Shown here one piece after another: positions 10,135 to 20,712 of a DNA stretch of 58,557 nucleotides (position 1 is its first letter; each line of letters starts with the position of its first letter). The stretch is from Roseomonas sp. (GTDB lineage Bacteria > Pseudomonadota > Alphaproteobacteria > Acetobacterales > Acetobacteraceae). The stretch spans positions 1-58,557 of the forward strand of contig JBBAUC010000001.1 in NCBI GenBank assembly GCA_040398485.1, read 5' to 3'. The notes under the pieces were generated by a model. It searched no databases, had not been told where the DNA came from, and worked only from the letters and a program-made list of their open reading frames with translations. The translations under genes and the position numbers were made by a program.

Positions 10135-11043
10135 ATGGCCGCGTCCGGAGATTTTCCAAGCTGGGAAAGGGATGGGCGCGATTGGCCGAGCCGGGAATCG
10201 AGCCAGTTTATCGAAGCCGGCGGGCTGCGTTGGCATGTGCAGCGCATGGGGCAGGGGCCTTGCCTTTTGTTGCTGCATGGCACCGCGGCGGCCACGCATA
10301 GCTGGCGCGATCTGGCGCCATTGCTCGCGCCACATTTCACGCTTATTGCGCCAGATCTGCCGGGGCATGGCTTTACTGCCAGCCTGCCGCAAGCTCGAGT
10401 TTCACTGGCGGGTTTTTCGGCGGCCTTGCATGCACTGCTGCAGAAGCTTCAGGCCTCACCCGATGTGGTGCTTGGCCATTCGGCGGGGGCGGCAATTGCG
10501 CTGCGTATGGCATTGGATGGTACCATCGCGCCCCGCGCCATCTTCAGCCTGAATGGTGCATTGCTGCCGTTGGGTGATGAGCATTCGGCGTTTTTCACGC
10601 GGGCCGCGCAGTTGATGGTGGGCTTGCCCTTTGTTTCTAAGCTTTGCGCCTGGCGCGCTTCAAAGCAGGAAGTGGCGGCAAAGCTGCTGCGTGATACGGG
10701 TTCTGATATCGGGCCGCGCGGTGTGGAATTATACACGCGGCTTTTTGGCTATTCTGGGCATATCCGCGCGGCGCTGACGATGATGGCGCAATGGGAATTG
10801 CGCCCTTTGCTGCGTGATTTGCCGCGTCTTGGCACAGCGCTGTTCCTGATGGTGGGCAGCCGCGATCGCGCCGTGCCGCCCATGCAGGCGCGGCGCATCC
10901 AGGCCATCCTTCCCGCCGCACGCATCATCACCCTGGAAGGGCTTGGCCATCTGGCACATGAAGAAGCGCCGGAACTGGTCGCTGATGCGCTGCGTAAGGA
11001 ATGGTCGCGCCTTGCGCAGAATGTCACCGGGGCGGCAGCATGA
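10135..11043 (+). CDS. bchO: Alpha/beta hydrolase BchO
   Basis: W...GRDWP, LLHGTAAATHSW, GHSAG nucleophile elbow, GHLAHEE; follows bchD. Confidence 0.9.
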   Translation: MAASGDFPSWERDGRDWPSRESSQFIEAGGLRWHVQRMGQGPCLLLLHGTAAATHSWRDLAPLLAPHFTLIAPDLPGHGFTASLPQARVSLAGFSAALHALLQKLQASPDVVLGHSAGAAIALRMALDGTIAPRAIFSLNGALLPLGDEHSAFFTRAAQLMVGLPFVSKLCAWRASKQEVAAKLLRDTGSDIGPRGVELYTRLFGYSGHIRAALTMMAQWELRPLLRDLPRLGTALFLMVGSRDRAVPPMQARRIQAILPAARIITLEGLGHLAHEEAPELVADALRKEWSRLAQNVTGAAA

Positions 11044-12338
11044 GCTTCGATAACGTGCTTCCCCCATCCTATGCCAAGCGCGTCGAGTTGAATGATGAGG
11101 TGCATGCGCGCCCGCCGGAGATCCTTTTTTCCCCTAGCCGCGTTTCGCAGATTGCGTTGTTGCCGACAGCCGATGAAGCGCGGGATGCGCCCTGGGCTGC
11201 ACTTTGCGCGCTGGCGCAGCGCTTTTCCGTGCCGCCGCCAGCGCCAGGGGCCAATCATTACAGTGCGGATTTCGGGCCGTTTCGCCTGAAATGGGAAAGG
11301 CATGGCGAATTCAGCCGCTTCATGGTGGTGGTTGCGGGCGCAGAGCCCGAGCCTTTTTCGGCAGCCGCGATTCACGCCCTGCCAGCGGAATGGCTGAAAG
11401 TCTTGCCAGGTCAGGTGATCGCTGCCGCACATGTCACGTTGCTGGCTTCCAAGGATGTACCGCTGGCCATCAGTGAAATCTCGCGGCGTTATTTTCGTGA
11501 TCACATGCTGGTGGGCGGTCCACTGGCTGGCGGCCAAGCACATGCCTTCACGGATTTTCGCATCCAGGATGATGGTTTCAGCCGTTTCCTGATTTATGAT
11601 GGCGGCATGTCGCCCTATCAAGCGGGGCGGCTTACGCAGCGCCTGCTTGAGATGGAAACCTACCGCATCATGGCGCTGTTGGCGCTGCCGGTCGCGCAGG
11701 AAGTAGCGCCGAAAATCGGTGCGCAGGAACGCGAATTGGCGGAAATCAGCGCGGCGCTGGTGGAAGCGCAGGAAGCGGATGAACCGTTGCTGCTGCAACG
11801 CCTGACGCGCATGGCGGCGGAAGCGGAAAGCCGCGAATCGCGCCATCGTTTCCGCTTTTCCGCCGCCGCCGCCTATTACGAATTGGTCCGCAACCGCATT
11901 CAGGAGTTGCGGGAGACGCGCATGGAAGGCATGCAGACCTTCGGTGAATTCACCGAACGTCGCCTGGCGCCGGCCATGAATACCTGCCAGGCGGTCGGCG
12001 CACGGCAGGAAATGCTCTCCCAACGCGTGGCCCGCGCGACGCAACTTCTCTCCACACGTGTTGATATTACGCGAGAAAGACAGAACCAGGCCTTGCTCGC
12101 TTCCATGGAACGGCGCGCGCGCCAGCAGCTTCGGTTGCAGCAGGCGGTCGAAGGGTTTTCCGTGGCCGCCATCACCTATTACGTGGTTGGGCTTGTTGCC
12201 TATTTGGCCAAGGGTTTGGCCATTTCTGGGGCCAACTTCCGCGAAGAAATCGTCACCAGTATCGCCATCCCAGTCGTTGCTTTGGTTGTGGCGCTTGGTG
12301 TGCGCCGCTTCCGGCGCCGGACGGCAGAAAATGACTGA
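11040..12338 (+). CDS. DUF3422 family membrane-anchored protein
   Basis: EVHARP, LKWERHGEF, GRLTQRLLEMETYR, LLSTRVDI and QLRLQQAVEGFSVAAITYY motifs; two C-terminal TM helices. Confidence 0.82.
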   Translation: MSFDNVLPPSYAKRVELNDEVHARPPEILFSPSRVSQIALLPTADEARDAPWAALCALAQRFSVPPPAPGANHYSADFGPFRLKWERHGEFSRFMVVVAGAEPEPFSAAAIHALPAEWLKVLPGQVIAAAHVTLLASKDVPLAISEISRRYFRDHMLVGGPLAGGQAHAFTDFRIQDDGFSRFLIYDGGMSPYQAGRLTQRLLEMETYRIMALLALPVAQEVAPKIGAQERELAEISAALVEAQEADEPLLLQRLTRMAAEAESRESRHRFRFSAAAAYYELVRNRIQELRETRMEGMQTFGEFTERRLAPAMNTCQAVGARQEMLSQRVARATQLLSTRVDITRERQNQALLASMERRARQQLRLQQAVEGFSVAAITYYVVGLVAYLAKGLAISGANFREEIVTSIAIPVVALVVALGVRRFRRRTAEND

Positions 12339-12374
12339 AGTAAGAAATTTACGCCAAAGTCTGAGGGGGCACGC

Positions 12375-13412
12375 ATGTCTGGACTGACTGGTATTTCTGC
12401 CGAAGATCTCGCGGCTTGCAACAAGCTGCTGGCGGGTGGTTCCAAAAGCTTCCGCGCCGCATCCTTCCTTCTGCCGCGCCGTATCGCCGCCCCGGCTGCC
12501 GCGCTTTATGCCTTTTGCCGTGTTGCGGATGACGCGATTGACATGAGCGATGACCCCACGGCGTCACTCGCGCTGCTGCAACAGCGCCTGGATGGCGCCT
12601 ATGCCGGGCGGCCTTGGAATCACGTGGCAGATCGCGCTTTCGCGGCGGTTGTTGAGCAATATGGCGTACCGCGCGCCCTGCCGGCGGCGCTGCTGGAAGG
12701 CTTCGCCTGGGACGCCAAAGGTCAATTCTATGAAGATATCGCCGCGCTGGAATCCTATGCTGCGCGCGTCGCGGCGACCGTCGGTGCCATGATGACGCTG
12801 CTGATGGGCGTGCGCTCACCGGAAGCCATTGCGCGCGCGTGCGATCTTGGCCTTGCCATGCAGTTGACCAATATTGCCCGTGATGTCGGCGAAGATGCCA
12901 AGGCAGGGCGCGTTTATCTGCCCCAGTCCTGGCTGGCTGAGGAAGGGCTTTCGGCAGAAGGGCTGATTGCCAATCCTGTATTTTCCCCCGCGCTGGGTCG
13001 CGTGGTCGCGCGGCTGCTGGGGGCCGCGGAAGCACATTATCGCCGCGCTTGGCCCGGCATTGCGCTGCTGCCATGGGATTGCCGCCCAGGGATTGGTGCG
13101 GCGCGCTTGGTTTATGCCGAGATCGGGCGAGAAGTTGAACGCCAGGGGCTCGATTCCGTCTCTCGCCGTGCGGTGGTGTCCGGCCGGCGCAAGGCCTGGC
13201 TTTTGGCGCGTGCCGCCGGTGCGCTGGCCGCGCAACAGGATGGTGCTGATGAAGCGCCATCGCACGCCACGCGCTTTCTGGTGGATGCGGTGCGCGCGGC
13301 ACCTGCACCGGAAGGACCGCCGATTGGTGCTGGCTACGGCGAAAGGCTGGTTTGGGCGCTGGAATTGATGGACCGCGCGGATCGTGACACGCGATTTGCC
13401 GCGCGTGCATGA
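12375..13412 (+). CDS. crtB: Phytoene synthase
   Basis: GSKSF, LYAFCRVADDAID, LGLAMQLTNIARDVGED, GRVYLP. Confidence 0.95.
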   Translation: MSGLTGISAEDLAACNKLLAGGSKSFRAASFLLPRRIAAPAAALYAFCRVADDAIDMSDDPTASLALLQQRLDGAYAGRPWNHVADRAFAAVVEQYGVPRALPAALLEGFAWDAKGQFYEDIAALESYAARVAATVGAMMTLLMGVRSPEAIARACDLGLAMQLTNIARDVGEDAKAGRVYLPQSWLAEEGLSAEGLIANPVFSPALGRVVARLLGAAEAHYRRAWPGIALLPWDCRPGIGAARLVYAEIGREVERQGLDSVSRRAVVSGRRKAWLLARAAGALAAQQDGADEAPSHATRFLVDAVRAAPAPEGPPIGAGYGERLVWALELMDRADRDTRFAARA

Positions 13413-13429
13413 AAAAGCCTTGACATGAG

Positions 13430-13472
13430 TGTCAAGATAACTGGACAATCAATAAGTATCAAAAAACTTACA
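13430..13472. promoter_or_regulatory. Tandem PpsR/CrtJ boxes upstream of crtE
   Basis: Perfect TGT-N12-ACA (TGTCAAGATAACTGGACA, 13430-13447) plus AGT-N12-ACA (13455-13472), 7 bp apart, in an AT-rich intergenic region. Confidence 0.8.
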
Positions 13473-13517
13473 TAGGGCTGCCGCGACATGATTGCGTCAC
13501 CCCTTGGGAGGTAACGC

Positions 13518-14384
13518 ATGGACGCCTTGGCCCGTATTGAGAGCAGCCTCGCAGACGCGGTGCTCTCCGCCGAGACGAGCGGCACCCCGCCCCGCCTCGC
13601 CGCCGCCCTGCGGCACGCGGTTTTCCCGAAAGGGGCGCGTATTCGCCCACGCCTGACGCTTGCTGTTGCCGCGGCTTGCGGTGATGACCAACCAAGGCTT
13701 GCCAGCGCTGCTGCGGCAGCGATTGAGCTGTTACATTGCGCCAGCTTGGTGCATGATGACCTGCCCTGTTTTGACGATGCGGATATGCGCCGGGGCCGGC
13801 CTTCTGTGCATCGTGCCTTTGGCGAACCGCTGGCGGTGCTCGCCGGGGATGCCTTGATTGTGCTGGCCTTCCAAACCGTGGCGCGGGCCGGCTGCGGCGC
13901 GCCGGAACGGCTTGGCCCGGTGATCAATGCCATTGGCGATGGCGTGGGCGTGCCCTTTGGCATTGTTGCCGGGCAGGCCTGGGAATGTGAACCGCGCGCC
14001 GATCTTTCCGAATATCAGCGGCAAAAGACCGGCGCGCTTTTCGCCGCCGCATCGGTTGCCGGCGCTGCGGCGGCGGGTGTGGCCGATGCCGAAGCCTGGC
14101 GCTTGCTGGGGGATCGGCTGGGTGAGGCGTTCCAGGTTGCCGATGACCTGCGTGATGCGGTGGAAGATGAAGCCAGCATTGGCAAGCCCGTTGGGCGCGA
14201 CAAGGCACTCGGTCGGCCAAGTGCCGTGCTGCAATTGGGCCTGGATGGCGCGGTCGCGCGGCTGAAAACGCTTGCCAATGCGGCGGTGGAGTCGATTCCC
14301 GACTGCCCCGGCCGCACCTTGCTGCGCGCGGCCATGCTGGAAGAAGTGGGCCGGCTTTTGCCGCGCAAACTGGCCGCGGCCTGA
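13518..14384 (+). CDS. crtE: Geranylgeranyl pyrophosphate synthase
   Basis: GARIRP, first Asp-rich motif SLVHDDLPCFDD, RRG, FQVADDLRD, GKPVGRD; GGGAGG RBS. Confidence 0.95.
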   Translation: MDALARIESSLADAVLSAETSGTPPRLAAALRHAVFPKGARIRPRLTLAVAAACGDDQPRLASAAAAAIELLHCASLVHDDLPCFDDADMRRGRPSVHRAFGEPLAVLAGDALIVLAFQTVARAGCGAPERLGPVINAIGDGVGVPFGIVAGQAWECEPRADLSEYQRQKTGALFAAASVAGAAAAGVADAEAWRLLGDRLGEAFQVADDLRDAVEDEASIGKPVGRDKALGRPSAVLQLGLDGAVARLKTLANAAVESIPDCPGRTLLRAAMLEEVGRLLPRKLAAA

Positions 14385-14387
14385 ACC

Positions 14388-15554
14388 ATGGCGAGGGCCT
14401 TGCCGCTGCCCCCGCAAAGGGCTGACGGGGATCAGGGGGTGTCCTGGTCTGATCGTTTCAGCGCCTGGCGCGAATCACTGACCGCGCGCCCTGGCTTCCG
14501 TGCCTGGGCCGCGCGTTTTCCGCTGACCCGCCCTCTGGCACGCCGCCGCGCGCGGGAATTATTCGATCTCTGCGCGGGCTTTGTTTATTCGCAGGTGCTG
14601 GCCGCCTGTGTGCGGCTGAAGCTGTTTGAGGCTTTGCACGAAGCCCCGGCGGAAGAAGGCGCCTTGGCGGCGCGACTCGGGCTTTCGCCTGAAGCGATGA
14701 GCCGGTTGTTGGTGGCTGCCGAATCGCTCCGGCTGGTGCGCCGGCGGGCAGATGGCGCCTGGGTGCTTGGCGAATTGGGCGCGGCCATGATCGGCAATCC
14801 CGGCATCGCCGCCATGGTGGAACACCATGCCATGCTCTACGCCGATCTGGCGGACCCGGTGGAATTGCTCCGCCGCGAAAGGGGTGGCACGGCGCTCGCG
14901 CAATACTGGGCCTATGCCGGCGCCGCGCAGCCAGGGGCGCTGCCGGGCGAGAAAGTTTCTGAGTACACGGCCTTGATGGCGGCCAGCCAGCCCATGGTGG
15001 CGCAGGAAGTATTGGCGGCTTACCGCTTTGGCCAGCATCGGCGGCTGATGGATGTGGGCGGCGGCAGCGGCGCCTTTCTGACCGCCGTTGGTAAGGCGAA
15101 CCCCTGGCTTGATCTGCTGCTGTTTGACCTGCCGGCGGTGGCCGAACAGGGCCGGCAGCGCTTTGCCCGTGAAGGGCTTTCCGATCGCGCGATGGCGATG
15201 GGCGGGGATTTCACCACCGATTCGCTGCCCTTGGGCGCCGATATCATCAGCCTGGTGCGCGTGCTGCACGATCATGATGATGATGTGGTGCAAGCCCTGC
15301 TGCGGCGCGTGCGCGCAGCCCTGCCAAAGGGCGGACGGGTGCTGATTGCCGAACCCATGGCTGGCACCGCGGGCGCCGAGCCCATGGGCGGCGCTTATTT
15401 CGGCTTTTACCTGCTTGCGATGGGTAGGGGGCGCCCGCGTCGGCCGGATGAACTGGCCGCGATGCTGACCTCCGCCGGCTTCACCGGGGCGCGCTTGATG
15501 CCCACCGATACGCCGCTGTTGACCCGGGTGATGCAGGCCGATGCGACAAGTTGA
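14388..15554 (+). CDS. crtF: Hydroxyneurosporene/demethylspheroidene O-methyltransferase
   Basis: LFDLCAGFVYSQ, SAM motif MDVGGGSG, VRVLHDHDD, YFGFYLLAMG.G; lies between crtE and bchC. Confidence 0.94.
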   Translation: MARALPLPPQRADGDQGVSWSDRFSAWRESLTARPGFRAWAARFPLTRPLARRRARELFDLCAGFVYSQVLAACVRLKLFEALHEAPAEEGALAARLGLSPEAMSRLLVAAESLRLVRRRADGAWVLGELGAAMIGNPGIAAMVEHHAMLYADLADPVELLRRERGGTALAQYWAYAGAAQPGALPGEKVSEYTALMAASQPMVAQEVLAAYRFGQHRRLMDVGGGSGAFLTAVGKANPWLDLLLFDLPAVAEQGRQRFAREGLSDRAMAMGGDFTTDSLPLGADIISLVRVLHDHDDDVVQALLRRVRAALPKGGRVLIAEPMAGTAGAEPMGGAYFGFYLLAMGRGRPRRPDELAAMLTSAGFTGARLMPTDTPLLTRVMQADATS

Positions 15555-15573
15555 AGTGACATGATTCTTTTAT

Positions 15574-15617
15574 TGTCAATTTGACTTGACAGAGACAAGC
15601 GTCACAGTAGAGTTACA
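15574..15617. promoter_or_regulatory. Tandem PpsR/CrtJ boxes of the bchC promoter
   Basis: TGTCAATTTGACTTGACA (15574-15591, perfect, containing TTGACA) and CGT-N12-ACA (15600-15617), 8 bp apart, the classical bchC arrangement. Confidence 0.88.
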
Positions 15618-15639
15618 AAACCCAAGGGGGAGTCCAAGA

Positions 15640-16581
15640 GTGGAAACACTCGCTATCCTGCTCAGCGCACCCGAACAGCTCTCGCTGTCGCGTCTGACAT
15701 TGTCGCCGCCAGGCGTGCAGGATGTTGTTGTGGACATTGATTGGAGCGGCATCAGCACCGGAACGGAACGTCTTCTCTGGTCCGGGCGCATGCCATCCTT
15801 TCCCGGTATGGGTTACCCGCTGGTGCCTGGTTACGAATCCGTGGGCCGAGTGGTCCAGGCGGGCGCGGAAGCCGGCAGGCAATTGGGTGAAGCGGTTTTT
15901 GTGCCTGGCGCACGTTGCTTTGGCGATATTCGCGGATTGTTTGGTGGCGCTGCTGCGCGGCTTGTTGTGGCTGGCGCGCGCGTAACACCGGTGGACCCTG
16001 CGCTTGGCGCGGACGCGGTGTTGTTGGCGCTGGCAGCGACGGCGCATCACGCCATTGTACTGCCGCACGCCGCCATTCCGGAATTGATCATCGGTCATGG
16101 CGTCTTGGGGCGCCTGCTGGCACGCATTGTTATCGCTGCCGGCCATCCCGCACCCATGGTGTGGGAAAGCAATCCCGCGCGGCGCGATGGTGCCCAGGGC
16201 TATGTGGTGTGCGATCCGGCGGAAGATACGCGGCGCGATTATCGCGCGATTTGTGATGTAAGCGGCGATTCCGCGCTGTTGGATACGCTGATTTCGCGGC
16301 TCGCGCCCGGTGGCGTGGTGACACTGGCTGGTTTTTACAGCGCACCGCTTTCCTTCACTTTCCCGCCGGCCTTCATGCGTGAAGCGCGTATCGCCATCGC
16401 CGCGGAATGGAAACAACCCGATCTGGATGCGGTGAATGCGTTGATATCGTCTGGCCGGCTTTCGCTGGCTGGGCTGATCACGCATCACGCCGCCGCTGAT
16501 GACGCGCCGCAAGCCTATCGTCAGGCTTTTGAAGATCCTGCCTGCCTCAAAATGGTTCTGGACTGGAGAAACAAACAATGA
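15640..16581 (+). CDS. bchC: 3-hydroxyethyl bacteriochlorophyllide a dehydrogenase
   Basis: SGISTGTERL, FPGMGYPLVPGYE, FPPAFMRE, CLKMVLDW; GTG start after AGGGGGAG. Confidence 0.95.
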   Translation: METLAILLSAPEQLSLSRLTLSPPGVQDVVVDIDWSGISTGTERLLWSGRMPSFPGMGYPLVPGYESVGRVVQAGAEAGRQLGEAVFVPGARCFGDIRGLFGGAAARLVVAGARVTPVDPALGADAVLLALAATAHHAIVLPHAAIPELIIGHGVLGRLLARIVIAAGHPAPMVWESNPARRDGAQGYVVCDPAEDTRRDYRAICDVSGDSALLDTLISRLAPGGVVTLAGFYSAPLSFTFPPAFMREARIAIAAEWKQPDLDAVNALISSGRLSLAGLITHHAAADDAPQAYRQAFEDPACLKMVLDWRNKQ

Positions 16582-17594
16582 ATGCTGTCCCGGGGAAGCC
16601 AAACGTTCCATCCATCAGTGGTATGCATGATGCGCTGCGCGCAGAAGCATCGCTGGCGCCTGATCCTGTGCAGACCTCACCGGCTGCCAAGCAAACCCAG
16701 ATCATCGCCATTTATGGCAAGGGTGGCATCGGCAAATCCTTCACGCTCGCGAATCTGAGCTACATGATGGCGCAGCAGGGCAAGCGCGTTTTGCTGATTG
16801 GCTGCGACCCGAAAAGTGATACGACGTCCTTGCTGTTTGGTGGACGTTCCTGCCCGACCATCATTGAGACATCATCGAAGAAGAAAGCCGCCGGTGAGGC
16901 TGTTGCCATTGGCGATGTCTGCTTCAAGCGCGATGGCGTTTTCGCCATGGAATTGGGCGGCCCGGAAGTGGGCCGTGGCTGCGGTGGGCGCGGTATCATC
17001 CATGGCTTCGAATTGCTGGAAAAACTTGGCTTCCATCAATGGGATTTTGACTACGTCCTGCTGGACTTCCTGGGCGATGTGGTCTGCGGTGGCTTCGGCC
17101 TGCCGATTGCGCGCGATATGTGCCAGAAGGTGATCGTTGTCGGGTCCAATGACCTTCAATCGCTTTATGTCGCGAATAATGTGTGTTCTGCGGTGGAATA
17201 TTTCCGCAAGCTAGGCGGCAATGTTGGTGTGGCCGGCATGGTCATCAACAAGGATGATGGCACGGGTGAGGCCCATGCCTTTGCTGCCGAAGCTGGCATT
17301 CCCGTACTCGCGGCCATTCCGGCGGATGAGGATATCCGGCGCAAATCCGCGAATTACGAAATCATCGGCACGCCTGGTGGGCGTTGGGCTTCGGTGTTTG
17401 AGCAATTGGCGACTCAGGTGGCTGAAGCGCCGCCGCTGCGCCCGAAGCCTCTCACCCATGAAAATCTGCTTGGCCTTTTCAAGGGCGAAGCGGTGGGCCG
17501 TGGCGTGGTGTTGAACCCCGCAACCATGGAAGACATGTGCTCGGCTGAAGTGCTGAATAAGCCTTCGCTTGAAGTGGTTTATGAGGGCGTCTGA
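16578..17594 (+). CDS. bchX: Chlorophyllide a reductase iron protein subunit X
   Basis: NifH-like YGKGGIGKS, GCDPKSD, GPEVGRGCGGRG, DFLGDVVCGGF. Confidence 0.97.
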   Translation: MNAVPGKPNVPSISGMHDALRAEASLAPDPVQTSPAAKQTQIIAIYGKGGIGKSFTLANLSYMMAQQGKRVLLIGCDPKSDTTSLLFGGRSCPTIIETSSKKKAAGEAVAIGDVCFKRDGVFAMELGGPEVGRGCGGRGIIHGFELLEKLGFHQWDFDYVLLDFLGDVVCGGFGLPIARDMCQKVIVVGSNDLQSLYVANNVCSAVEYFRKLGGNVGVAGMVINKDDGTGEAHAFAAEAGIPVLAAIPADEDIRRKSANYEIIGTPGGRWASVFEQLATQVAEAPPLRPKPLTHENLLGLFKGEAVGRGVVLNPATMEDMCSAEVLNKPSLEVVYEGV

Positions 17595-17598
17595 GGGA

Positions 17599-19113
17599 AT
17601 GGACACGCTTCCCCCTTCTTCGCCGCCTGCTGCCGCTGAAGGCGCTGCCTGCCATGGCGGTCGGGAAACGCTGGAAGCTGCCGCGCGCGCTGCGGGCAAG
17701 TCCGAAGTGATGGACAAGCTTGCTGCTGATTATCCGCGCGGGCCGCATGACCAGCCGCAATCCATGTGCCCGGCTTTTGGGTCTTTGCGCGTTGGCTTGC
17801 GCATGCGCCGAGTTGCGACGATCCTTTCCGGCAGTGCCTGCTGCGTCTATGGCCTGACCTTCACCAGCCATTTCTATGGTGCGCGCCGCACGGTGGGCTA
17901 TGTGCCCTTTAATTCGGAAACGCTCGTCACCGGCAAGCTTTTCGAAGATATTCGCGACGCTGTGCATGATCTGGCGAAGCCAGAAGATTATGACGCGGTC
18001 ATCGTCACCAATCTTTGCGTGCCCACGGCTTCCGGCGTGCCGCTCGATCTGCTGCCAAAGCAGATCAATGGCGTGCGCGTGATTGGCATAGATGTGCCAG
18101 GCTTTGGTGTACCGACCCATGCGGAAGCCAAGGATGTGCTGGCCGGCGCCATGCTGCGCTATGCGCGCAATGAAGCCGAGGCCGGTCCAGTAGCCAGGCC
18201 ACGCAATCACGCAGAGGATCAGCGCAGCATTGCGGTGATTGGTGAATTATTTCCCGCCGATCCGCCGGGCATTGGTGCGCTGATCCAGCCCATGGGGCTG
18301 ACGCTTGCGCCACAAACCCCAGCGCGTGAATGGCGCGATCTTTATGCGGCCTTGGATAGCGTGGCGGTGGCCGCGGTGCACCCCTTCTACACTGCCAGCA
18401 TTCGCGAATTCCGCGCGGCTGGCCGGCCTGTAGTTGGCTCTGCGCCGGTTGGCGTGGAAGGCACCGATGCCTGGCTTTCCGCTATTGGCGCTGCGGCGGG
18501 TGTGAAGCCCTCAGAAATCGAAGCCGCCAAGGCGCGCGCATTGCCTGCCATTCGCGCTGCGCTCGCGGGTAATCCGGTCAAGGCGCGCATTACGGTCTCC
18601 GGTTATGAAGGTTCGGAATTGCTGGTGGCGCGCTTGCTGATCGAAGCGGGCGCAGAAGTGCCTTACGTTGGCACCGCCGCCCCGCGCACGGAATGGAGTG
18701 CTGCGGATCGCGAATGGCTCGAAGCCCATGGCTGCCATGTGCAGTATCGCGCCAGCCTGGAACAGGACATTGCTGCGATGAAGGAAGCGCGGCCTGATCT
18801 TGCCCTTGGAACGACGCCCTTGGTGCAGAAGGCCAAGGAAATGGGCACGCCCGCGCTGTACTTCACCAATATGGTTTCTGCCCGGCCGTTGTTTGGCCCT
18901 GCTGGTGCGGCTTCCATGGCGGGGATTGTGGCGGCGCAGACCAATGGGCGTGAACGTTTTTCGCGCATGGTGTCCTTCTTTGAAGGTGTCGGTACGCCTG
19001 ATGGCGCCGGTTACGGCTTCCGTGACAAGCCAAGTGATCCCCCTGGCTTTCGTGACCGTCAGCGCAAGCTGCGCGCCGCCAAGGCCAAGGCCGAAGAAGC
19101 GGTGGGGACCTGA
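17599..19113 (+). CDS. bchY: Chlorophyllide a reductase subunit Y
   Basis: [45 protein letters not shown]. Confidence 0.96.
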   Translation: MDTLPPSSPPAAAEGAACHGGRETLEAAARAAGKSEVMDKLAADYPRGPHDQPQSMCPAFGSLRVGLRMRRVATILSGSACCVYGLTFTSHFYGARRTVGYVPFNSETLVTGKLFEDIRDAVHDLAKPEDYDAVIVTNLCVPTASGVPLDLLPKQINGVRVIGIDVPGFGVPTHAEAKDVLAGAMLRYARNEAEAGPVARPRNHAEDQRSIAVIGELFPADPPGIGALIQPMGLTLAPQTPAREWRDLYAALDSVAVAAVHPFYTASIREFRAAGRPVVGSAPVGVEGTDAWLSAIGAAAGVKPSEIEAAKARALPAIRAALAGNPVKARITVSGYEGSELLVARLLIEAGAEVPYVGTAAPRTEWSAADREWLEAHGCHVQYRASLEQDIAAMKEARPDLALGTTPLVQKAKEMGTPALYFTNMVSARPLFGPAGAASMAGIVAAQTNGRERFSRMVSFFEGVGTPDGAGYGFRDKPSDPPGFRDRQRKLRAAKAKAEEAVGT

Positions 19114-19115
19114 GC

Positions 19116-20552
19116 ATGCTTGTTCTCGATCATGATCGCGCCGGTGGCTACTGGGGGGCGATCTATGCTTTCTCGGCGGTGCGCGGCCTGCGTGTTGTGA
19201 TTGATGGGCCGGTTGGTTGCGAAAACCTGCCCGTGACAGCCGTGCTGCATTACACGGATGCGCTGCCGCCGCATGAATTACCAATTGTGGTGACTGGTCT
19301 GGATGAGGACTCACTCTCCCAGAACGGTACGGAAGGCGCTTTGAAGCGCGCCGCTGCCACGCAGGATGCTGAATTGCCCGCCGTGGTGGTGACGGGTTCC
19401 ATCGCCGAAATGATCGGCGGTGGCGTGACGCCGCAGGGGAGCAACCTGCAGCGCTTCATCTGCCGCACGATTGATGAGGATCAGTGGCAAGCCGCTGATC
19501 GGGCCATCATGTGGCTTTGGACTGAATTTGGCGCGCGCGGCCGCAAGCCGAAGCCGCGCACGCGCAAGGAAGGCGAAAAGCCACGCGTGAACATCATTGG
19601 CCCCATCTATGGCACTTTCAATATGCCATCAGACCTCGCGGAGATTCGCCGCCTGGTCGAAGGCATTGGCTGTGAGATTAATCTGGTCTTCCCGCTGGGC
19701 AGCCATGTCGAGGATATCTCGAAGCTGCCTGATGCAGATGTGAATATCTGCATGTACCGCGAATTTGGCCGCAAGCTTTGTGAAGAACTCGAACGGCCGT
19801 ATCTGCAAGCCCCAATCGGGTTGTTTGCGACGACGAATTTGCTCCGCAAGCTTGGTGAATTGACTGGGCTGGATCCGGAACCTTTCATCGAACGTGAAAA
19901 GCACACCACGGTGAAGCCGCTTTGGGATTTGTGGCGCAGTGTGACGCAGGATTTCTACGCCTCCGCATCCTTTGCGGTGGTAGCGACCGATACCTATGCC
20001 CGGGGCCTGCAGCGTTTTCTGAATGAAGAAATGGGCATTCCCTGTGCCTTCGCCTTCTCACGCATGGCAGGGCAGAAGCCTGACAATGCGGCGGTGCGTG
20101 AGGCTTTGCGCAAGACACCTCCCTTGGTGCTGTTCGGTTCCTATAATGAACGCATGTATGCAGCGGAAATCAAAAGCCGCGCCATGTATATTCCCGCGAG
20201 TTTCCCCGGCGCCATCATCCGCCGCGCCACCGGCACGCCTTTCATGGGCTATGCCGGCGCCACCTATATCATCCAGGAATATTGCAACGCGCTGTTTGAC
20301 GCGCTGTTTCATATTCTGCCGCTGGGCACTGATCTCGATCGGGTTGATCCAACGCCGGCACGTGCCGCTGAACCCTGGGATGCAGCCGCGGTTACGCTTC
20401 TGGATGAACGCGTTGAGCAGGAGCCCTTCCTGCTACGTATTTCCGCGGCCAAGCGGCTGCGCGAACAGGTTGAACGCGCCGCGCGCGATGCGGCGGAGCC
20501 GCGTGTGACGGCTGATCGCGTTCGAAAGACTTTGGCGGAGGTCATGGCATGA
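19116..20552 (+). CDS. bchZ: Chlorophyllide a reductase subunit Z
   Basis: [33 protein letters not shown] and a C-terminal PCP_red-like W...A...P...RISAAKRLR segment. Confidence 0.96.
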   Translation: MLVLDHDRAGGYWGAIYAFSAVRGLRVVIDGPVGCENLPVTAVLHYTDALPPHELPIVVTGLDEDSLSQNGTEGALKRAAATQDAELPAVVVTGSIAEMIGGGVTPQGSNLQRFICRTIDEDQWQAADRAIMWLWTEFGARGRKPKPRTRKEGEKPRVNIIGPIYGTFNMPSDLAEIRRLVEGIGCEINLVFPLGSHVEDISKLPDADVNICMYREFGRKLCEELERPYLQAPIGLFATTNLLRKLGELTGLDPEPFIEREKHTTVKPLWDLWRSVTQDFYASASFAVVATDTYARGLQRFLNEEMGIPCAFAFSRMAGQKPDNAAVREALRKTPPLVLFGSYNERMYAAEIKSRAMYIPASFPGAIIRRATGTPFMGYAGATYIIQEYCNALFDALFHILPLGTDLDRVDPTPARAAEPWDAAAVTLLDERVEQEPFLLRISAAKRLREQVERAARDAAEPRVTADRVRKTLAEVMA

Positions 20553-20712
20553 AGCCGCTTCGCTATTCCTCATCTTGTCTGCGGGCGTACCGCGGCAATC
20601 GCCGTCGGGGCGTATCCGATGACAAGAAGGCTTGGGTGGAATTCCGCCTCTGCCGTCCCTGCCGCGCGGGTGGACGCGGTAATGGCCGCAAGGCCAAGTC
20701 GGAGGTCTGCTA

